Assembly: GCA_012514745.1 (NCBI GenBank)
Contig: JAAYZR010000031.1
Location: 1,371 to 65,370 of the forward strand
Length of the DNA stretch: 64,000 nt
Reading direction: 5' to 3'
From: Candidatus Undivivens industriae
Lineage (GTDB): Bacteria; Omnitrophota; Gorgyraeia; Gygaellales; Profunditerraquicolaceae
Under the pieces are notes generated by a model that was not told the DNA's origin, did not search any database, and saw only the letters and a program-made list of their open reading frames with translations. A program made the translations under genes and the position numbers. Position 1 is the stretch's first letter. The number at the start of each line of letters is the position of its first letter. Below, piece by piece: positions 59,147-64,000 of this stretch.

Positions 59147-59836
59147 ATGATACTGGTCATTAGGCACGTAGATATAGAAGGCCCCGGGACCCTCGGCGAT
59201 TTCTTTGCCGCGGGCGGCATGGATGTTCTCCAGGCGGATGTCTATTCCGGCGCGCGTCTGCCGCGCGGCCTTCGCGGTATCGACGCCGTCGTATCTCTGG
59301 GCGGACCGATGAACGTTTATGAAGATAAGAGATATCCTTTTCTCCTGGAAGAAGAGAGAATACTACAACAAGCGCTGGAGAAGGGGCTGCCTGTGTTGGG
59401 GATATGTCTGGGGGCGCAGATGCTCGCCAAGTCCTGCGGCGCGAAGGTATTCAAGTCTCCGCTGAGAGAGATCGGCTGGCGCAGGGTAACGCTTACCGCC
59501 GAGGGCAGGCGCGACCGTTTGTTCTCCGGCATTCCGGAGCGTCCGGAGGTTTTCGAATGGCATGAGGATACTTTCGGGATACCCGCCGGCGGAGTCCTGC
59601 TGGCGCAGAGCGCCGGCTGCAGGAACCAGGCATTTAGAGTGGGACGGAACGCCTATGGCCTGCAGTTTCACGTCGAGGTAACTCCAGCTATGATACGCGG
59701 CTGGATCGGGCGCTATGCCGGAGACGGCTGTCCGGATACGACGGGCATAACAGGAAGGCAGTGCGGCAAGAACAGCGGTTTCCACCGGATGGCGCAAAAG
59801 TTATACGCCAATTTCGCGGGTATCATCAAGGATTAA
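59147..59836 (+). CDS. class I glutamine amidotransferase-like protein
   Basis: MILVIRHVDIEGPG...LGICLGAQMLA (catalytic Cys) ...LQFHVE (His). Confidence 0.75.
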   Translation: MILVIRHVDIEGPGTLGDFFAAGGMDVLQADVYSGARLPRGLRGIDAVVSLGGPMNVYEDKRYPFLLEEERILQQALEKGLPVLGICLGAQMLAKSCGAKVFKSPLREIGWRRVTLTAEGRRDRLFSGIPERPEVFEWHEDTFGIPAGGVLLAQSAGCRNQAFRVGRNAYGLQFHVEVTPAMIRGWIGRYAGDGCPDTTGITGRQCGKNSGFHRMAQKLYANFAGIIKD

Positions 59837-60036
59837 CATCTTGTTTTTCGCCGTCAGATATGTAAAATAAAGTAAAGAGGACGGCTTCTGATTCGATAGG
59901 GGCACGGTGCGATCCCGGTTCTTGTTATTTCTTTTCGTCGTCCTTCACCCCTTATTTTTATTTAAGGCCATGACATAGCCTGTCCGCAGGCACCCAGGCC
60001 GGTTATTCGTTCCACCCAAGACCGGAGGAGGTGCCT

Positions 60037-61146
60037 GTGCTCGTCAATCTGCAATTCGAACGCCGCCCGCTTTTATTCGATTCCCCCGTTTCTCTTATTA
60101 CCGCATATACTCCGGAAGGACTGCGCGCTTGTTTCCGCGGTATGGAGGAAGCGTCGCGCGCCGGATATCATCTCGCCGGGTTTCTCTCTTACGAGGCGGG
60201 GTATTGTCTCGGGGAAAGTTTTCCTTATTCCGGTAAAAGCGATTTCCCGCTTATCCTGATGGGTGTTTACCGTCCGCCGCGCCGCATGCTCTACCGGGAA
60301 GAAGGCCGTCCCGATTTCTTGGTCAAACACCGGAGAATGGATACCGGGAAGGAAAAATATTCGGCCAATATTTCTCTGATCAGGGATTTCATTTCCGCGG
60401 GAGAGATATACCAGCTTACTTACTGCAATAAACTTTTTTTCGACTTCTCCGGCAGCGCGTCCGCGCTCTACTCCTCTCTTTTGAAAAAACAGCCCGTGCC
60501 TTACCCTGCGTATCTCCGCTGGCAGGATACGCATATCTGTTCGCTCTCTCCGGAGTTGTTCTTCAGAAAAAGCGGAGGTTTCATTCTTGTCAAACCGATG
60601 AAAGGGACCTGGCGTAGAGGCAGGGGGCTCTTGGCTGATCTGCGTGAATACCGCAGGTTCCGCGTCGATCCCAAGAACAGGGCGGAGAACGTGATGATCG
60701 CCGACCTGCTGCGCAATGATCTGGGCAGGATAGGGGGCCGTGTCAGGGCGCCGGGACTGTTCGAGATCGGCGCTTATTCCACGCTTTTCCAGATGACTTC
60801 CACCGTGACCGCCGTGATACCCAAAGAGATCCCTTTTTATGAGATATTCCGCGCGCTTTTTCCCTCCGGCTCGGTGACCGGCGCCCCGAAACTGCGCGCC
60901 ATGCGTATCATCCGTGATATAGAGAACGGGCCGCGTAATATCTACACAGGCGCCATAGGCTGTATCACTCCCGGGAGGGAGATGTTCTTCAACGTCCCCA
61001 TTCGCACCCTGCTTATACGCGGCGGACGTGGCGAGATGGGTATAGGAGGGGGGATAGTCTGGGATTCCACTCCCGAGGGGGAGTGGGAGGAAAGCATGCT
61101 TAAAACGGAGTTCTTTACCGCCGGAGCGTCGGATTTTAAAAAATAA
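60037..61146 (+). CDS. pabB: chorismate-binding enzyme: aminodeoxychorismate synthase component I-like (PabB/TrpE family)
   Basis: GEIYQLTY, SPELFF, KPMKGT and PSGSVTGAPK motifs. GTG start with a GGAGGAG Shine-Dalgarno. Confidence 0.75.
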   Translation: MLVNLQFERRPLLFDSPVSLITAYTPEGLRACFRGMEEASRAGYHLAGFLSYEAGYCLGESFPYSGKSDFPLILMGVYRPPRRMLYREEGRPDFLVKHRRMDTGKEKYSANISLIRDFISAGEIYQLTYCNKLFFDFSGSASALYSSLLKKQPVPYPAYLRWQDTHICSLSPELFFRKSGGFILVKPMKGTWRRGRGLLADLREYRRFRVDPKNRAENVMIADLLRNDLGRIGGRVRAPGLFEIGAYSTLFQMTSTVTAVIPKEIPFYEIFRALFPSGSVTGAPKLRAMRIIRDIENGPRNIYTGAIGCITPGREMFFNVPIRTLLIRGGRGEMGIGGGIVWDSTPEGEWEESMLKTEFFTAGASDFKK

Positions 61147-61231
61147 AGGTTAGATTTCCCTTCTTTCCTTCGTCTATTAATATGGGAGAATACCGAAGTG
61201 ATCCTATCCCGGAAAGACAGAGGAGGGGAAT

Positions 61232-61927
61232 ATGGGAAAAAAGAGAGTTGCTCTGAACGACATGGCGCGCGTACAGCGTCCGAGGGAGAAGCTCGCGCGT
61301 TACGGGCAGGGACGCCTTTCCGACACGGAACTGCTGGCAGTGCTTCTGCGCACCGGCAGTAAAGAGGAGAATGTGCTGGAACTGGCGGGGCGGTTGTTGA
61401 AAGGCGGGGGATTATCGGGGATAGCGCAATTCAATCTTGAGCAGCTGCGGAAGATACCCGGCGTCGGGCAGGTCAAGGCCGGAGGCATACTCGCGGCCCT
61501 GGAAATCGGCAGACGCGTTTTCGGCGGACAAAAGACGGAATTGAAACAGATGCTTTCTCCCGAGGACGTTTTCGAGAGCCTGAAAGATATAAGGGAGAGC
61601 AGGAAAGAGCATTTCGTGGTTTTCTACCTTGATTCCCGCAACCAGCAGATACGCCGGGAAATTGTATCTGTAGGGACCATCAATTCAAGCCTGGTGCATC
61701 CGCGGGAGGTCTTCGAAGGGGCTGTGAAATACCTGGCGGCCAACGTGATAGTGGCGCATAATCATCCCTCCGGGGAACTGAGGGCTTCGGAAAAGGACAT
61801 CGCCGTTACCAGACGCCTGCGCGATTCCGGCATCCTGCTGGGCATAGAACTGCTGGACCATATTATCGTTAGTAAAGGGGGGTACCTGAGTTTGAGAGAG
61901 GCCAATGCCCGCGAGTTTTCGGAATAA
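61232..61927 (+). CDS. radC: RadC/JAB-domain DNA repair protein (UPF0758)
   Basis: RPREKL...LSDTELLAVLLRTGS HhH N-terminus. JAMM motif HNHPSG..RASEKD. Confidence 0.85.
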   Translation: MGKKRVALNDMARVQRPREKLARYGQGRLSDTELLAVLLRTGSKEENVLELAGRLLKGGGLSGIAQFNLEQLRKIPGVGQVKAGGILAALEIGRRVFGGQKTELKQMLSPEDVFESLKDIRESRKEHFVVFYLDSRNQQIRREIVSVGTINSSLVHPREVFEGAVKYLAANVIVAHNHPSGELRASEKDIAVTRRLRDSGILLGIELLDHIIVSKGGYLSLREANAREFSE

Positions 61928-62027
61928 TAAGGGGATGATTAGAACTTTCTTATCTTTCCTTTCTTCCTTCTGTATTTCTTGTTTCTCTTTCTGTTCCGCA
62001 GTATAATAATCCCCATTCGGAGGGAAT

Positions 62028-63839
62028 ATGAAAATATTAAAAATAGTTTTGTTGTCTTTGCTCGGTCTTGCGCTGCTGTCGCTCGCGGCCGTTCTCGTGT
62101 TTATCAAAACGTTCGACGGGAACCGTTATAAACCGCAAATCGTCGGCGCGGTCAAAAGCGTCATCGACCGCGACGTGGATTTCGCCCGGGCCGGATTGGA
62201 CATCTCCTGGGACCTGGATATCAGTTTTAAGATCAGCGACCTGGCGGTGTCGGAAAACGGGACTTTCGGAGGAGGGGATTTTCTGCATATCAAGGAGATC
62301 TCCGTTTCATTGGACATCCCGGCGTTTATTTTCAAGAAACAGTTGCTGGTTTCCGCGGTTAACATTATGGGCCCGCGGTTAACAATCATCCGGAATAAGG
62401 ATGGAGCGGTGAACGCTGCCACTCTGCTAAAGCCGCCGCCGCAGAACGCTGGAACGGACGCCGGGGCGGGTATCCCGGCGGCGGGAGCGGCGCTGGCGTT
62501 TCCTTTATCGGTTTCGGCCTTGAATATATACGACGGCACCATAGTTTATCTGGACAAGTCGTTCCAGCCGCCGTTGTCCGTGAGCGTTGAGGGGCTGGAA
62601 TTTAAAGCCTCGGGGGTATCCTTGGACGGGGCTTTCCCTTTTACGGTAAAGGCGGGCGTTTTGAGCGCCAGGAAGAATCTGCGTTTGCAGGGTAAAGCCG
62701 CTCTTGATCCGGCCGGGGGAGAAGTCTGTATCTCGGATACGGAAGGAAGGGTCGATCTTTCCGAACTGGATATGCAAAGGGCAGCCGCGCTTTTGCCCGC
62801 GGACCTGCGGGCATTCCTGCCTGCCGGTTTAAAAGGTAAAGTCGATATAACGCTCTCCAGGATGACGGCCGGCGCTAAAGGTTTGAGCGCTCTGGAGCTG
62901 GAACTCGGCTTAAACGATGGGGAAGCCGGGATCAAAGACCTTGTTCTCCCTCTTGAAAATATCTCCGCCTCGCTCAGCGTCACAGAAACCGATATTAAAC
63001 TCAAAAACCTTTCCGCGGCCGCGGGAGGCGGTAGGATCACCGCTTCCGGAGGGCTCAACGATTACACCGCCGGAGGGGTTTTTAATGTGAATGCCGCTAT
63101 CTCCGGAGTAAAACTGCAGAAATTCCTGGCGCAGGAGAAGATGCCTGTGAAGATGGAGGGAGAGGTAACGGGTAAAATAATTCTCGACGGCAAAGGATTT
63201 TCCCCGGATGAAACGTTATCCGGGCTTTCCGGAGAAGCAGACATAGTAGTGCAGCAGCCGGCGCTGAAGGATATCAACATCCTGCGCGCGGCGCTGGACA
63301 AGATCACGGTATTGCCTTTTCTTACGGAGAGAGTGATCGACGCCATGCCGGACAAGTACCGCGAGAGGTTCAACAGTAAGGACACGATGTTGAAGAAAAT
63401 AGAACTGCCGGTGAAGCTCTCCGGCGGCAAAGCCTCGGCGGAAAATACCCTGGTAGCCGGGGATGATTTCGTTCTCGCCGGCAAGACCGAAGCCGGGATG
63501 GACGGTTCTTTCGCCCTGGAAGGTCAACTGGAGATCTCCGAAGAGCTGTCGGCGCTTATGACCAAGGCGGTAAAAGAACTGGAATATCTTTTTAACAAGG
63601 ATAAACAGATCATTCTTCCGTTGAAGCTTTCCGGCAAAGCCGGTTCAGCGAAAGTGGAGGTTGACCCCGGTTATATAGCCGACAGGCTTCTCTCCGGAGG
63701 GATCGGCACCCAGCTGATCGGCGCCGTAGGTAAAGCCTTGGATAAAGGCGATGTTTCTTCCGGCGCAGACGGGGATAAGAGCGGTTCCGTGACTGACCTG
63801 GTGAACAGCGTGATAGACAGCCTGCTGCAGAAAAAATAA
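62028..63839 (+). CDS. AsmA family outer-membrane-biogenesis protein
   Basis: N-terminal signal-anchor. The segment FDGNRYKPQIVGAVKS resembles the AsmA N-terminus. Long beta-rich periplasmic domain. Confidence 0.7.
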   Translation: MKILKIVLLSLLGLALLSLAAVLVFIKTFDGNRYKPQIVGAVKSVIDRDVDFARAGLDISWDLDISFKISDLAVSENGTFGGGDFLHIKEISVSLDIPAFIFKKQLLVSAVNIMGPRLTIIRNKDGAVNAATLLKPPPQNAGTDAGAGIPAAGAALAFPLSVSALNIYDGTIVYLDKSFQPPLSVSVEGLEFKASGVSLDGAFPFTVKAGVLSARKNLRLQGKAALDPAGGEVCISDTEGRVDLSELDMQRAAALLPADLRAFLPAGLKGKVDITLSRMTAGAKGLSALELELGLNDGEAGIKDLVLPLENISASLSVTETDIKLKNLSAAAGGGRITASGGLNDYTAGGVFNVNAAISGVKLQKFLAQEKMPVKMEGEVTGKIILDGKGFSPDETLSGLSGEADIVVQQPALKDINILRAALDKITVLPFLTERVIDAMPDKYRERFNSKDTMLKKIELPVKLSGGKASAENTLVAGDDFVLAGKTEAGMDGSFALEGQLEISEELSALMTKAVKELEYLFNKDKQIILPLKLSGKAGSAKVEVDPGYIADRLLSGGIGTQLIGAVGKALDKGDVSSGADGDKSGSVTDLVNSVIDSLLQKK

Positions 63840-63909
63840 CGCGCGCTGGGGCCGCAGATATACGTCGGAAAAAGGATTAGACTTTCGGGTTAAGCCGTCA
63901 GGAAAGGGG

Positions 63910-64000
63910 TCAAAAAGCTGTTTTGAAGATGTAGTGTATCTGGTTTTCGTCGAATTTCGGCTTGCCTTTTATTTTGTAAACGTGCACGCTGGCCTTTTCG
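63910..64000 (-). CDS. 3' end of a minus-strand gene; product unknown; only the last ~30 codons are visible
   Basis: In-frame ...EKASVHVYKIKGKPKFDENQIHYIFKTAF* ending at the stop 63910-63912. The gene continues beyond the window. Confidence 0.3.
   Translation of the reverse strand, partial: EKASVHVYKIKGKPKFDENQIHYIFKTAF

Noticed and set aside
59860-59925. Possible tRNA fragment (GGTGCGATCCCGG) between the GATase and pabB-like genes
   Set aside because: No complete cloverleaf. It is a single T-arm-like stretch only.

Overview
This 64-kb window is a gene-dense chromosomal segment, coded almost entirely on the + strand, that looks like it comes from an uncultivated anaerobic bacterium. GC content is heterogeneous, roughly 42-65% by region. 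Anaerobic markers include a class III ribonucleotide reductase (nrdDG), an NfnAB-like ferredoxin:NADP oxidoreductase next to NADP-glutamate dehydrogenase, and a GlpA-like glycerol-3-P dehydrogenase with DUF1667. I call about 60 protein-coding genes. They include a periplasmic Fe/Mn superoxide dismutase, a MATE efflux transporter, an amtB-glnK pair, recN, dinB, radC, cspA, glpK, a GH1 beta-glucosidase, two histidine kinases and five stand-alone receiver proteins. There are no rRNA or tRNA genes, no CRISPR array, and no integrase or transposase. The most notable non-coding features are two tandem cobalamin riboswitch-like elements in front of nrdDG; a 116-bp repeat at two loci with 96% identity; a tandem array of structured 82-85-bp repeats; and a dispersed family of CCCGGG-type hairpins. 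The most notable coding features are a signal-peptidase-I::phospholipase-C-like::Ada-type Zn-finger fusion heading a glycerolipid/glycerol catabolic cluster; an N-terminally truncated Rho; a receiver gene with no canonical start codon; and a PilZ-methyltransferase fusion inside a FadL/GMC-oxidoreductase/kinase cluster.
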